Assembly: GCA_965237675.1 (NCBI GenBank)
Contig: OZ250150.1
Location: forward strand, 1,280,001-1,344,000
Origin: Candidatus Latescibacterota bacterium
GTDB lineage: Bacteria > Latescibacterota > UBA2968 > GCA-2709665
Length of the DNA stretch: 64,000 nucleotides
Reading direction: 5' to 3'
Below are positions 18,665-30,331 of this stretch, piece after piece; position 1 is the stretch's first letter, and every line of letters begins with the position of its first letter. The notes beneath the pieces were generated by a model, which saw only the letters and a list, made by a program, of their open reading frames with translations, was not told the origin of the DNA and ran no database searches. The position numbers and the translations under genes were made by a program.

Positions 18665-20074
18665 ATGGTTGAAAATCCTTCCGACCTCTGGGGCCGGTGT
18701 CTGCGGAAAATCGAGGGGAAAATCGAGGCGGACGCCTACCTGGCATGGTTCAGCCAGACATCCTCGTCGCGACTTGGGGCGACGTTGGCGGTTATCGAGG
18801 TACCACGCTCCTTTTTTGCAGACTGGCTCGAGGAACACTTTGTCGGTTTAATTCAGTCTACAATAGAAGAAATCACCTCCTGGACGCCGGAGATCAAATT
18901 TGCCGTCGGAAATAACGTTCAAACGCCGGCGGGGGCACCCGTCGATTTCTCGGGTACTGACGATTCCGTTCGCCCGCGGAACAAAGAACGGCAAACAAAA
19001 GCGGTCGTTCCTCCACCTGCCTCTGAAGCCGTCTTTCCGCTGAATCCCAGATATCGGTTTGAAGATTTCGTCGTCGGTGAGAGCAATCAGTTCTCATTTA
19101 CGGTGGCGAAAGCCGTCGCGGAGTCCCCTGGCCGGATATCCTACAATCCGCTGGTCATCTATAGCGGCGTGGGCCTGGGGAAAACGCACTTATTGCAGGC
19201 TATTGGAGATTATTGTGTCCGTAACAACACGGCACGCCGGGTGGTATATGTCACGGCAGAGCGGTTCTTTACCGACTATCTGAGAGCCATTCAGAAAAAG
19301 GATACATCCGCGTATATCGAAACCTATCGAAATGCGGACATTCTACTGATTGACGACATTCAGTTTTACGTAAAGACCGAAGCCTGCCAGCGGGAACTCC
19401 TTCACACATTCAACACATTATATCAGCTTAACAAACAGATCGTCTTGAGTTCAGACCGCCCGCCGTCAACGCTTAAAGGATTCGAAGACCGGCTTATTTC
19501 GCGGTTTCAGTGGGGCCTGGTTTCTGATATTGACCGCCCTGACCTGGAAACCCGGATGGCGATTATCAATCAGAAGGCCGGCGATCATGGCGTCTCGATC
19601 CCCCCGGATGTGGCTCGTTTCCTGGCCGAACACGTCAATTCCAACGTCAGAGAACTGGAAGGCGCCCTGACCCACCTCATTACCTTTTCGGTATATAAGC
19701 GCGTACCCATTTCACTCCAAATCGCCCGGGATACCATAAAGAGTCTGGGACGGGTGAAGGGTATCACGTCTCCGGCAATCAGCATCGGGGAAATCCAGAA
19801 GGGAACGGCGGGTTTCTTCAACATCTCCGTGGATTTGTTGACCGGATCCACCCGGAAGCAGGACATCGCCACAGCTCGACATATCTGCATGTACCTATGT
19901 AAACGGCTGACGGGAGCGCCGCTAAAGGCCATCGGAACCGAATTTGGGAATAGGGATCATACAACGGTCATTCACGCATGCAAAAACATAGCTACGAAGC
20001 TTTCAACCGACTCCGATTTTCAGGCACTTGTCAGCCGCATCCAGAACAGGGTTCAACAGTTCGCGTCGGCCTGA
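18665..20074 (+). CDS. dnaA: Chromosomal replication initiator
   Basis: LNPRY.FE.FV.G..N, YNPL.IY.GVGLGKTHL, DDIQF, RL.SRF.WGL, NVRELEGAL, RDHTTV.HA. Confidence 0.99.
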   Translation: MVENPSDLWGRCLRKIEGKIEADAYLAWFSQTSSSRLGATLAVIEVPRSFFADWLEEHFVGLIQSTIEEITSWTPEIKFAVGNNVQTPAGAPVDFSGTDDSVRPRNKERQTKAVVPPPASEAVFPLNPRYRFEDFVVGESNQFSFTVAKAVAESPGRISYNPLVIYSGVGLGKTHLLQAIGDYCVRNNTARRVVYVTAERFFTDYLRAIQKKDTSAYIETYRNADILLIDDIQFYVKTEACQRELLHTFNTLYQLNKQIVLSSDRPPSTLKGFEDRLISRFQWGLVSDIDRPDLETRMAIINQKAGDHGVSIPPDVARFLAEHVNSNVRELEGALTHLITFSVYKRVPISLQIARDTIKSLGRVKGITSPAISIGEIQKGTAGFFNISVDLLTGSTRKQDIATARHICMYLCKRLTGAPLKAIGTEFGNRDHTTVIHACKNIATKLSTDSDFQALVSRIQNRVQQFASA

Positions 20075-20190
20075 TCTCGTGTTGCCCGTTGTTTCAATTG
20101 TGCCCCTGACGGGAATCGTGACGGTCGTTGGCGAGTGTGTGCGCAGTTCACGGGATGTGCCCGACGTGTATCATATGTTTGCCCATATGG

Positions 20191-20220
20191 ACCGGTTTCA
20201 ATTTGAAACCGGTTTTTTTT
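20191..20220 (+). terminator. Intrinsic terminator after dnaA
   Basis: ACCGGTTTCA-ATT-TGAAACCGGT followed by T7. Confidence 0.75.
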
Positions 20221-20224
20221 ATAT

Positions 20225-20620
20225 CCGAAAGTATCCACAGAATAGGCGTTGTAATATTGTTAGAGTAGTTTAAAGGATCTTTTGTTTAACCATTAAATAC
20301 AACAATAACATGTGCGGGTGAAAAGTGGAAAACATTGAAATCAGCCGTTTAGAGAAAGGAAAATCCGGATGTAGTAATGTAGAATTCCTATGGATAACAT
20401 GTGAATATCTGGAAGGATATTCACACCACCCCGGGACCCACGCTACGGGTTGATTGTTATCCACAAATTGTCCGGAAAGTTTTCCACAACACCGGATCTC
20501 GGTAAGTTAAACCGGTAAAATCGTTACATCTGATAATTTAATAGATATTTATCACACGTATCCGGAAAAGTACGTCTTGTATTGCGCTGGTATTATCCAC
20601 AAATGGTGATTGTGAATAGT
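20225..20620. other. oriC: Replication origin oriC (DnaA-box cluster plus AT-rich tracts)
   Basis: Perfect TTATCCACA at 20457 and 20593, with variants GTATCCACA 20231, TATGGATAA 20388, TGTGAATAT 20400, TTTTCCACA 20480 and TGTGAATAG 20611. AT-rich at 20250-20310 and 20530-20553. The + strand appears to switch from C-rich to G-rich around here. Confidence 0.88.
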
Positions 20621-20892
20621 CCCCCCGAAGCCCGGCGCGGATAAAGGGTGTCGCGCCGACTGCGGAATGCGACCCGAGGCTGCGGGCGGACAGGTTCGTT
20701 GCGGCCCGCAGCCTCGACGGTCACAACCGCTGCCGGAGGGGCAGAAAGCACTCGCGGTCGTATCGTATTCCACGGTCTCCGGGCGGGGCGGTCAGGCGGC
20801 GGCTGAAAGGGCTGAAACGACAGTCCGTAGGGTGGAGGAACGGGGGGGGTCGGGATGGGGGGTTGTATTGGACCGCAAAAGGGACAAAAACA

Positions 20893-20921
20893 TTGACAAA
20901 TTCGATAAAAATCAGTATATT
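20893..20921 (+). promoter_or_regulatory. sigma70 promoter of dnaN
   Basis: TTGACA-N17-TATATT. Confidence 0.75.
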
Positions 20922-21039
20922 ACGTCATGGTTGAAAGTGGCCTGACAAGCCGTTTTTTTGCAACGTATGCAAGCCGGATTTTTGAACCGCAGTTCGGTGC
21001 GGCAACGTCATTGCCAGACCGGTTCTCAGGAGACCGAAA

Positions 21040-22239
21040 ATGAAGGTGGTTATCGAACAGGATATGCTCATCTGGGGCATCAATTCAGTGCTGGATATTG
21101 TCCCTTCCAAAACAGCCCTCCCTGTGCTGTCCAATATTCTCGTCGGGACCAACGAGAGCGGGGAAGTTCGTCTGAGTGCGACAGATCTGGACATTTCCAT
21201 TCAATGTATCCTCAAGGGTACCGTGGAAGCGCCGGGTTCAACCACGGTGCCGGCCAGGAAATTTGCCGAGATAGTACGTGAATTGCCGGAAGGCCCCGTT
21301 GTTCTGACCGAAGAGTCCGGGAGGGTGACCCTTCAGTGCCAATCCGGGCTCGAAGGCACTTATATCCTCATGGCGGCGCCCGCTGAAGACTTTCCCGAAT
21401 TGCCCACGGAGGTCGAGGGCCCCGAGATGGTTTTCGAGACCGGGGAAGACGAGCCTGAGGGTGGTGGCGAAAGTCAGTTGTTGAAGGAGATGATTTTAAA
21501 GACGTCGTTTGCGGTGTCCCGAGATGAAACCAGACCGGTCCTGAACGGCGTGTTCTGGAAGGTAGGCAGCGGCCGGATGACCATGGTTGCCACGGATGGG
21601 GCGAGGCTGGTCAGATACTCCAGGTCACTCTCCGGTTCGGAGGCGCGTGAGGTATCGACGGAAGCAATCGTCCCCACCCGTGCGCTGAACCATCTGGTCA
21701 AGCTGGCGTCGGCAGGCAGCGCCCTGGGCCGGGTGCAGTTCGGGCAGAATCACCTGATGTTCGATCTGCAGGCCGCCAATGACTCCGAAACGAACGCCAG
21801 GGGTGCCATTCGTCTGTTTTCCCGCCTGGTCGAAGGGCCCTATGTCGATTACGAGCAGGTGATTCCTCAGGACAATGGCACAAAACTGAAGGCACCCAAC
21901 AGCCTGTTTACGCCCGCTGTCCGGCGGGTCTCCATTCTTGCAAGCGCAGAGACCCATCAGATTCGTATTGAAATCAATAGCAACCGCGTCGTGCTCTCCG
22001 CCTCGAGCCAGGAGATCGGAGGCGAGGCTCGCGAGGTGCTCGAAGCTGAATATAGCGGCAATGAAATGGTGGTTGGTTACAATTCGAAATATCTTCTCGA
22101 TATTCTCAGGCATATCGACTCCGAGCAGGTGTTGTTTGAGCTGGACGGACCGATGGCGGCGGGGATCATTCGGCCGGCCGAGCAACCGGAGGGCGAAGAC
22201 TACCTGTGCTTGCTGATGCCGCTTCGGATCAACGACTGA
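21040..22239 (+). CDS. dnaN: DNA polymerase III beta clamp
   Basis: LPVLSNIL, ATDLD, TRPVLNGV, VATDG.RL, RL.EG.Y.DY..VIP, LLMPLR. Confidence 0.98.
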   Translation: MKVVIEQDMLIWGINSVLDIVPSKTALPVLSNILVGTNESGEVRLSATDLDISIQCILKGTVEAPGSTTVPARKFAEIVRELPEGPVVLTEESGRVTLQCQSGLEGTYILMAAPAEDFPELPTEVEGPEMVFETGEDEPEGGGESQLLKEMILKTSFAVSRDETRPVLNGVFWKVGSGRMTMVATDGARLVRYSRSLSGSEAREVSTEAIVPTRALNHLVKLASAGSALGRVQFGQNHLMFDLQAANDSETNARGAIRLFSRLVEGPYVDYEQVIPQDNGTKLKAPNSLFTPAVRRVSILASAETHQIRIEINSNRVVLSASSQEIGGEAREVLEAEYSGNEMVVGYNSKYLLDILRHIDSEQVLFELDGPMAAGIIRPAEQPEGEDYLCLLMPLRIND

Positions 22240-22252
22240 TGGGCGATGCGTT

Positions 22253-23335
22253 TTGTACATTACAGCGCTCAAGCTTGTCAACTATCGGAATTTCGATACC
22301 GTCGACTTTGCGTTTCAGGGCCGGAAAACGGTTGTTTGCGGCGAAAACGGCCGGGGCAAGTCGAACCTGCTCGAAGCCATATACTTCCTTGCCATAGCCA
22401 AGTCCGGCCGGGGGTCAAGAGACAGGGACGTCGTTCGGTGGGGGGCGGATTACTTCAGCATCGACGCGGCGGTTGCCTACGAAGACCACTCGCGGTCGAT
22501 CCGGATCGCATTCGATCGACAAGCGGGCAAAAAAAAAGCACTTCTGGATGCAGCCCCACTCTCTCGTCTTTCGAGCCTTATCGGCACCTTTAATGCCGTT
22601 CTGTTCTTCCCGGAAGATGTAGACCTGGTCTTGCGGGATCCCCCCCAGCGTCGCCGTCTCCTGGACATCCTTGTTTCTCAGTCCCAGACCTCCTATCTGT
22701 CCGATCTGGATCAGTACCGCCGTGTACTCGCCCAGAGGAACCGGCTGCTGAAAGAAGGTCAGGGGCGAGCCCAGGATGTGCGTCATCTCGCGCCCTGGGA
22801 CGTTCAACTGGCGGAATTGGGAGCACGGATTATTCGCGACAGGCTGGATGCGCTTGATGCGATGCGGCCCACAATCGATGACTATTATCGCCAGATTTCA
22901 CACGGCAGAGAACAGATCGGGTCCGTTTACCGAAGTTCCGTAAAGGCCGATGCGCGAGACCGTGGTCAGGAGATTCTGGAGGCCGAACTGCGGCAACGGC
23001 GGGCAGACGAAGCGGGACTGGGCTTTACGCTGGTCGGACCCCACAGGGACCATTTGATTTTCACACTGGATGGCCGGAGCGCTCACAAGTTTGCATCCAA
23101 GGGCCAACTCAAGTGCATTCTGCTGGCTTGGAAGCTTGCCGAGGCGGTCTATCTGGAGTCCCACACCGGTCATGCCCCGGTGATGCTGATGGACGATATT
23201 TTCGCCGAACTGGATAAACGCCGGGCAGAGGCGTTGATGGACCTCGTCGCGTCTTTCGGACAGGTTTTCATTACCTCCGCGCGCGAACTCGAAGTGAATT
23301 TCAAGGACCGAGGTTTTCAGTTGTTGACGCTATAG
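22253..23335 (+). CDS. recF: DNA replication/repair protein RecF
   Basis: G.NG.GKSNLLEAI, GPHRD, FAS.GQ, LMDDIFAELD..R. Confidence 0.97.
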   Translation: MYITALKLVNYRNFDTVDFAFQGRKTVVCGENGRGKSNLLEAIYFLAIAKSGRGSRDRDVVRWGADYFSIDAAVAYEDHSRSIRIAFDRQAGKKKALLDAAPLSRLSSLIGTFNAVLFFPEDVDLVLRDPPQRRRLLDILVSQSQTSYLSDLDQYRRVLAQRNRLLKEGQGRAQDVRHLAPWDVQLAELGARIIRDRLDALDAMRPTIDDYYRQISHGREQIGSVYRSSVKADARDRGQEILEAELRQRRADEAGLGFTLVGPHRDHLIFTLDGRSAHKFASKGQLKCILLAWKLAEAVYLESHTGHAPVMLMDDIFAELDKRRAEALMDLVASFGQVFITSARELEVNFKDRGFQLLTL

Positions 23336-23337
23336 CG

Positions 23338-23706
23338 TTGATGGTGCCGCGTGGAGAAAAATTGGCGTACTTTGAAGAGAGTGGAGACCAGGCGCGTCTG
23401 TCCCATCGTAGCGGCGCAGGCATCGTTGCTCTGGGTGAGGCACTGAGAGAGGCCGTACAGGCCCTGGGCATCGAGACGCGGCTTCTGGAAGAGCGTGCCG
23501 TGATGCTGTTGCCTGAGGTTATGGACGAATTCAGCGGTGTGCCGGATGCGATGGCCCGATCGGCCGAGATTCGTCGCGGTGAGCTTGTTATCTGGATCAA
23601 ACACCACGCCGTGCGTCACCGGCTGCTATTCGAGCGGGATCGTATCCAGGCGAGGTTGAATGCGGCCCTGGGGCGCGAAGTTGTAACGTCGATTCGTTTC
23701 GGGTGA
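23338..23706 (+). CDS. DUF721/DciA family protein
   Basis: Located between recF and gyrB; pattern GELVI......RH.L......I..RLN..LG..VV.SIRF. Confidence 0.75.
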   Translation: MMVPRGEKLAYFEESGDQARLSHRSGAGIVALGEALREAVQALGIETRLLEERAVMLLPEVMDEFSGVPDAMARSAEIRRGELVIWIKHHAVRHRLLFERDRIQARLNAALGREVVTSIRFG

Positions 23707-23818
23707 TGAACCGACACGCAGGTGAACACGCCAAAGGCGAGCGTCATCAAGAACCACAAGACATAAAGGCCTTACCGGAGAAGAGCCGGGGTACACGTTG
23801 ATCCAAATAAGGAGTTGA

Positions 23819-25762
<1,944 letters not shown>

Positions 25763-25835
25763 GCGTGTACCACACCTGTCCGGCCGCCCCGCAAGGGCGG
25801 GCGTTGATCTGACAAACACGTAGGAGATAAAACCG

Positions 25836-28322
25836 ATGATGAGCGCGCGACAGCGGATTGTCCCGATGGACATCGGCGATGAATTGAAGAAGTCCATGCT
25901 GGACTATTCCATGAGCACGCTGGTGAATCGTGCGTTGCCGGATGTGCGTGACGGGCTCAAACCCTCGCAACGGCGCATCCTCGTCGCAATGAACGACCTG
26001 GGCCTTGGGCCCACCCGGCAGCACAGGAAATGCGCCAACATCGCCGGGCATACGTCGGGGAATTACCACCCGCACGGCGAAGAAATCGTCTACCCGACGC
26101 TGGTCAACCTGGCGCAGGACTTCAAGCTGCGCTATCCGCTGGTGGACGGACAGGGTAATTTCGGCTCGATCGACGGGTATCCCCCCGCGGCGATGCGATA
26201 TACCGAGGCGAGGATGGCCGGCCCGGGCAGCGAGATGTTGCGGGACCTAGACAAGGATACGGTGAATTTCAACCCGAATTACGACGAACGGCTCATGGAA
26301 CCCGCTGTCCTGCCTTCCCGCTTTCCGAATATGCTCTGCAACGGGGGCGTGGGTATTGCGGTGACTATGGCCACGGCGATTCCGCCCCACAACCTCCGCG
26401 AGGTCGTCGCCGGACTGGTGGCGCTGATCGACAATCCCGACCTGGAAGTCATGGATCTCATGGAATACATCAAGGGCCCCGATTTTCCCACAGGCGGGGT
26501 GATTTACGGGATGAGCGGTGTGCTGGATGCCTACCGCACCGGCCGGGGGTTGATCAGGGTGCGGGCGACCGCCACGGTCGAGACCTTGAAGAACGGACGC
26601 GAAAACGTCGTCATTACCGAAATCCCTTATATGGTGGCCAAAGCCACAATGCTGGAGAAGATGGCCGATCTGGTTCGGGAGAAGCGGGTTGAAGGGATAT
26701 CGAATATTCGCGACGAGTCCGACCGCAAGGGTATGCGGGTCGTGGTGGAACTGAAACAGGACGTCTACAGCGAGGTGGTCCTGAACCAGCTTTACAAACA
26801 TACGCAACTGGAAAGCACGTTCGGCGCCAATGTGATCGCGCTGGTGGACAGGCAGCCCAGGCAGTTGAACCTGAAGCAACTGCTTCAGCACTATATCGAG
26901 CACCGCCATGACGTCGTGGAGCGGCGCACCTCGTACGAGCTTCAGGTGGCCGAAGATCGCGCGCATATCCTGGAAGGATTGAGAATTGCGCTGGATGCGA
27001 TTGAAGAGGTGATTCAAATGGTCCGTGGAGCGGCCGATCCGGATGCCGCCCGTTCGATCCTGATGGAACGGTTGTCCCTGACCGAAAGGCAGGCGCAAGC
27101 CGTCCTGACAATGACCATACAGCGGCTGACGGGACTTGAGCACCGGAAAATCGAAGAGGAATATGGGGTTCTGGTTAACGAGATCGCGCGGCTGAGGTCG
27201 ATTCTGGACAGCAGATCGGAGCGAATGGCGCTCGTGAGGTCGGAATTGTTGGAGGTTGAAGCGAAGTACGGAGATGAACGACGGACCGACATCGTTTTTT
27301 CAGCTTCGGAATTCAATATCGAAGACCTGATCGCGGACGAGGATATGGCCATCACGATTTCGCATCAGGGGTATATCAAGCGAATTCCGGTGGACACCTA
27401 CCGGCAGCAACGCAGGGGCGGGCGTGGCGTGGCGGGGATGCGGACAAAAGAAGAGGATTTCGTGGAACATCTCTTCATCGCTTCCACGCACAGCTATATT
27501 CTGTTTTTGACGGATCGGGGTCACTGTCACTGGTTGAAGGTACACGAGATCCCCGAAGGCGGCCGTGTTTCCCGCGGCCGGCCGGTCGTCAACCTGATCG
27601 AGATCAACGTGGGTCACAAGGTGGCCGCCATTGTGCCGGTCAGGGCGTTTGACGATGGACACTATCTGATGAAGGTGACGCGCGACGGCCTGGTCAAAAA
27701 GACGGTTTTGTCCGCGTACAGCCGGCCCCGGCGCGGCGGGATTATTGCGATGCATATTCTGGACGATGACCGGTTGATCGGAGCCGCGGTCACGAACGGG
27801 TCACAGGAGATTGTGCTGGCAACCCGAAACGGCCAGGCCATCCGATTTCACGAACGGGATGTGCGCGATATGGGGCGCGGGGCCCAGGGGGTGAGAGGGA
27901 TTTCCCTGGAGGGAGACGACGAGGTGGTGTGCATGGTGGAGGTACAGGGCGCCGACAGCACGCTGCTTACGGTCTCTGCGAAGGGATACGGTAAGCGGAC
28001 GGGGGTGTCGGATTACCGGTTGACCCGCCGCGGCGGGAAGGGGGTGATCAACATCAAGGCCACCGAGCGAAACGGAAAGGTGGTGGCGGTGAAAGGCGTG
28101 GTGGATGAGGATGAACTGATGATTGTGACCCTGAATGGAATCCTGATCCGGCAGCCGATCCGGGAAATCAGTTCGATCGGAAGGAATACGCAGGGGGTAC
28201 GGCTCATCAATCTTGACGACGACGACGAGGTGATCGACGTTGCGCGCGTGATTTTCCAGAGTAACGGGGACGGGTCAGAAGGCCTTCCACCGGAGACCGG
28301 TCCCAATGGAAACGCGCTATAG
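25836..28322 (+). CDS. gyrA: DNA gyrase subunit A
   Basis: RALPDVRDGLKP, YHPHG, AAMRYTE, GyrA box QRRGGRG and C-terminal pinwheel repeats. Confidence 0.99.
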   Translation: MMSARQRIVPMDIGDELKKSMLDYSMSTLVNRALPDVRDGLKPSQRRILVAMNDLGLGPTRQHRKCANIAGHTSGNYHPHGEEIVYPTLVNLAQDFKLRYPLVDGQGNFGSIDGYPPAAMRYTEARMAGPGSEMLRDLDKDTVNFNPNYDERLMEPAVLPSRFPNMLCNGGVGIAVTMATAIPPHNLREVVAGLVALIDNPDLEVMDLMEYIKGPDFPTGGVIYGMSGVLDAYRTGRGLIRVRATATVETLKNGRENVVITEIPYMVAKATMLEKMADLVREKRVEGISNIRDESDRKGMRVVVELKQDVYSEVVLNQLYKHTQLESTFGANVIALVDRQPRQLNLKQLLQHYIEHRHDVVERRTSYELQVAEDRAHILEGLRIALDAIEEVIQMVRGAADPDAARSILMERLSLTERQAQAVLTMTIQRLTGLEHRKIEEEYGVLVNEIARLRSILDSRSERMALVRSELLEVEAKYGDERRTDIVFSASEFNIEDLIADEDMAITISHQGYIKRIPVDTYRQQRRGGRGVAGMRTKEEDFVEHLFIASTHSYILFLTDRGHCHWLKVHEIPEGGRVSRGRPVVNLIEINVGHKVAAIVPVRAFDDGHYLMKVTRDGLVKKTVLSAYSRPRRGGIIAMHILDDDRLIGAAVTNGSQEIVLATRNGQAIRFHERDVRDMGRGAQGVRGISLEGDDEVVCMVEVQGADSTLLTVSAKGYGKRTGVSDYRLTRRGGKGVINIKATERNGKVVAVKGVVDEDELMIVTLNGILIRQPIREISSIGRNTQGVRLINLDDDDEVIDVARVIFQSNGDGSEGLPPETGPNGNAL

Positions 28323-28353
28323 GATTTGAGCCCGGATCCGCCGCCGGTTCTGG

Positions 28354-29661
28354 CTACAGCGCTTCAATGCGGAGGATCTGAGACCGTTCGGTTACAATGG
28401 GAAGGCGATCGATTTGATGAACGGCCGTTCGCATGCTGGCTTCGCGGGCCTCGTGGGTCGTCATAATGAGGGGTACGGTTCCTTGTTCGGTTTCGGACCT
28501 GCCGTGCTGGATGACGGTTGCTATACTGATCTTGTGCTCTGAGAAAATGTGGGCGATCCGTGCGAGTACGCCGGGTTGATCATATACGGCAAAGCGACAG
28601 TAAAAACTGGTTTCGACCTCTTCGGGCGGAATAGGGTCTGCGTGGGGAAGATCGGCGAGGGCGGCACGCCCCGTGGATCGACCTGTCAGACGACGTTCCG
28701 CCAGATCGAGTAGGTCGGAGACCACCGCACTGGCCGTGGGCATCTGCCCGGCGCCGCGGCCATACAGAACCTGTGGGCCAGCGGCATTGCTCACGATCTC
28801 CACGGCGTTGAATTCGTCCTTTATATTTGCGAGCAGTGCGCCGGAGGGCACCAGGACGGGGTGGACGCGGGCTTCAATCCGGTTTCCAATCGCTTTTGCG
28901 ATGGCCAGGAGCTTGATTGTATATCCGAGTTCCCTGGCGAAGTCGATGTCCAGCGGTGAGATGTGCGAGATGCCCTCTTTGAGGATGTGCGAGGGATTCA
29001 GGCCAACTCGGAAGGCGATGCGGCACAAGAGGGCGAGTTTTTGGGCAACGTCCGTGCCGTCGATGTCCATGGTGGGATCCGCTTCGGCGAATCCCTTTTT
29101 CTGGGCCTGGCGGAGCATGGCGTGAAAGTCTCCACCCTCATCGGCCATCCTGGTAAGAATGTAGTTCGTGGTACCGTTGAGAATCCCGTAGATGGACTGA
29201 ATCCGGTTGGCCGCCAGGCCATCCGTAAGCGTTCGGATGACGGGTATGCCACCGCAGACGCTGGCTTCAAAGCCGATGTTTGTGCCGTTGCGCGCGGCGG
29301 CGGTGAACAGGTCGTCGCCGTGTTCCGCGAGCAGGGCCTTGTTGGCGGTGGCCAGATCTTTTCCGTTCTCGAGCGCTTTCAGGCAGAGTTCCCTGGCGGG
29401 ATCGAGCCCCCCCATCACTTCAACGACAATCTGAACATCCGGATCTTCAACGACCTCGCTGGCGCTGGCGGTGAGGATATCCACGGGTAGATCATTGTCG
29501 CGCGATTTGGCAGGATCCCGCACGGCGATGCGCTTCAGATCGAACGCCACGCCACGAATGGACCGGAAATATTCGGCGCGCTGTTTGAGAATACGAACGA
29601 CTCCGGCGCCGACGACGCCCATGCCGATGAGTCCGATTCCGATGGGTTGAGGGTTGGTCAT
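28354..29661 (-). CDS. hom: Homoserine dehydrogenase with C-terminal ACT domain
   Basis: G.G.VG, TANKA, FEASV.GGIP, GILNGTTNYIL, EADPT.D.DG, G.GAG..PTASAV. Confidence 0.96.
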   Translation of the reverse strand: MTNPQPIGIGLIGMGVVGAGVVRILKQRAEYFRSIRGVAFDLKRIAVRDPAKSRDNDLPVDILTASASEVVEDPDVQIVVEVMGGLDPARELCLKALENGKDLATANKALLAEHGDDLFTAAARNGTNIGFEASVCGGIPVIRTLTDGLAANRIQSIYGILNGTTNYILTRMADEGGDFHAMLRQAQKKGFAEADPTMDIDGTDVAQKLALLCRIAFRVGLNPSHILKEGISHISPLDIDFARELGYTIKLLAIAKAIGNRIEARVHPVLVPSGALLANIKDEFNAVEIVSNAAGPQVLYGRGAGQMPTASAVVSDLLDLAERRLTGRSTGRAALADLPHADPIPPEEVETSFYCRFAVYDQPGVLARIAHIFSEHKISIATVIQHGRSETEQGTVPLIMTTHEAREASMRTAVHQIDRLPIVTERSQILRIEAL

Positions 29662-29883
29662 GCTGGAATCCATGGTCCGGATCGTGGAACTCCGTGAATT
29701 GCCGATGGTCGTTTCCGCCCCGGAAGCGATTATCGGATATGGACAGAATTGAGGCAACGGACCAATTATAAGACAAAGGGGAGCGGGAAGCAAGGAGGGA
29801 CACGCCACGAAGTGCGCGCCGACGTCGTCGCCTGGCGATCGTTTCGACCTCCCGGGGGCGGTGTGGCAGACACCTGAAAAGGC

Positions 29884-29912
29884 TTGACAGCTTCAGGGGG
29901 CTGTGTTATCTT
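29884..29912 (+). promoter_or_regulatory. sigma70 promoter of the tRNA
   Basis: TTGACA-N17-TATCTT with an extended TG. Confidence 0.65.
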
Positions 29913-29960
29913 TACGCCCGCTCAAAACAGAAGTCGATTTGAGCATTTGTTCTATGGTGC

Positions 29961-30039
29961 GGGGTAGTAGCTCAGTATTGGTTAGAGTGCAGGCCTGTCA
30001 CGCCTGAGGTCGCGGGTTCGAGCCCCGTCTACCCCGCCA
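29961..30039 (+). tRNA. tRNA-Asp (GTC)
   Basis: Cloverleaf with acceptor GGGGTAG/CTACCCC, anticodon arm CAGGC-CTGTCAC-GCCTG, T-arm GGTTCGAGCCC and encoded GCCA. Confidence 0.97.
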
Positions 30040-30108
30040 TATAAAAAAAGGATGGCCACGGAAGGCCTCCCCCGATCGCCCTCCGCCCGTGCAGAGGGAT
30101 GCGGACTC

Positions 30109-30144
30109 CCACCACTTCCTTTCACCGGGACGGGTGGTTTTTTT
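30109..30144 (+). terminator. Probable terminator after tRNA-Asp
   Basis: CCACC...GGTGG imperfect stem followed by T7. Confidence 0.5.
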
Positions 30145-30331
30145 GTGTTTGTGTTGATAATGCCCGACTCAAAGCAGGGTCGGGCGTTTTGGTGTTACGG
30201 TCGGGCCTTCCGGAAAACCCTGTTCACTGGTCAATAGACCATTGCGATCGCAGCTCCGTGGCTGACGATTTTTGCTACCGGCGCGTTCGCGTGTGAAGCA
30301 TTTGCGGCAGAGGGGAACCGGGGGAATTTGA

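Noticed and set aside
29961-30330. Genomic island integrated at tRNA-Asp
   Set aside because: No integrase or duplicated tRNA 3' end was seen, and mfd follows directly.
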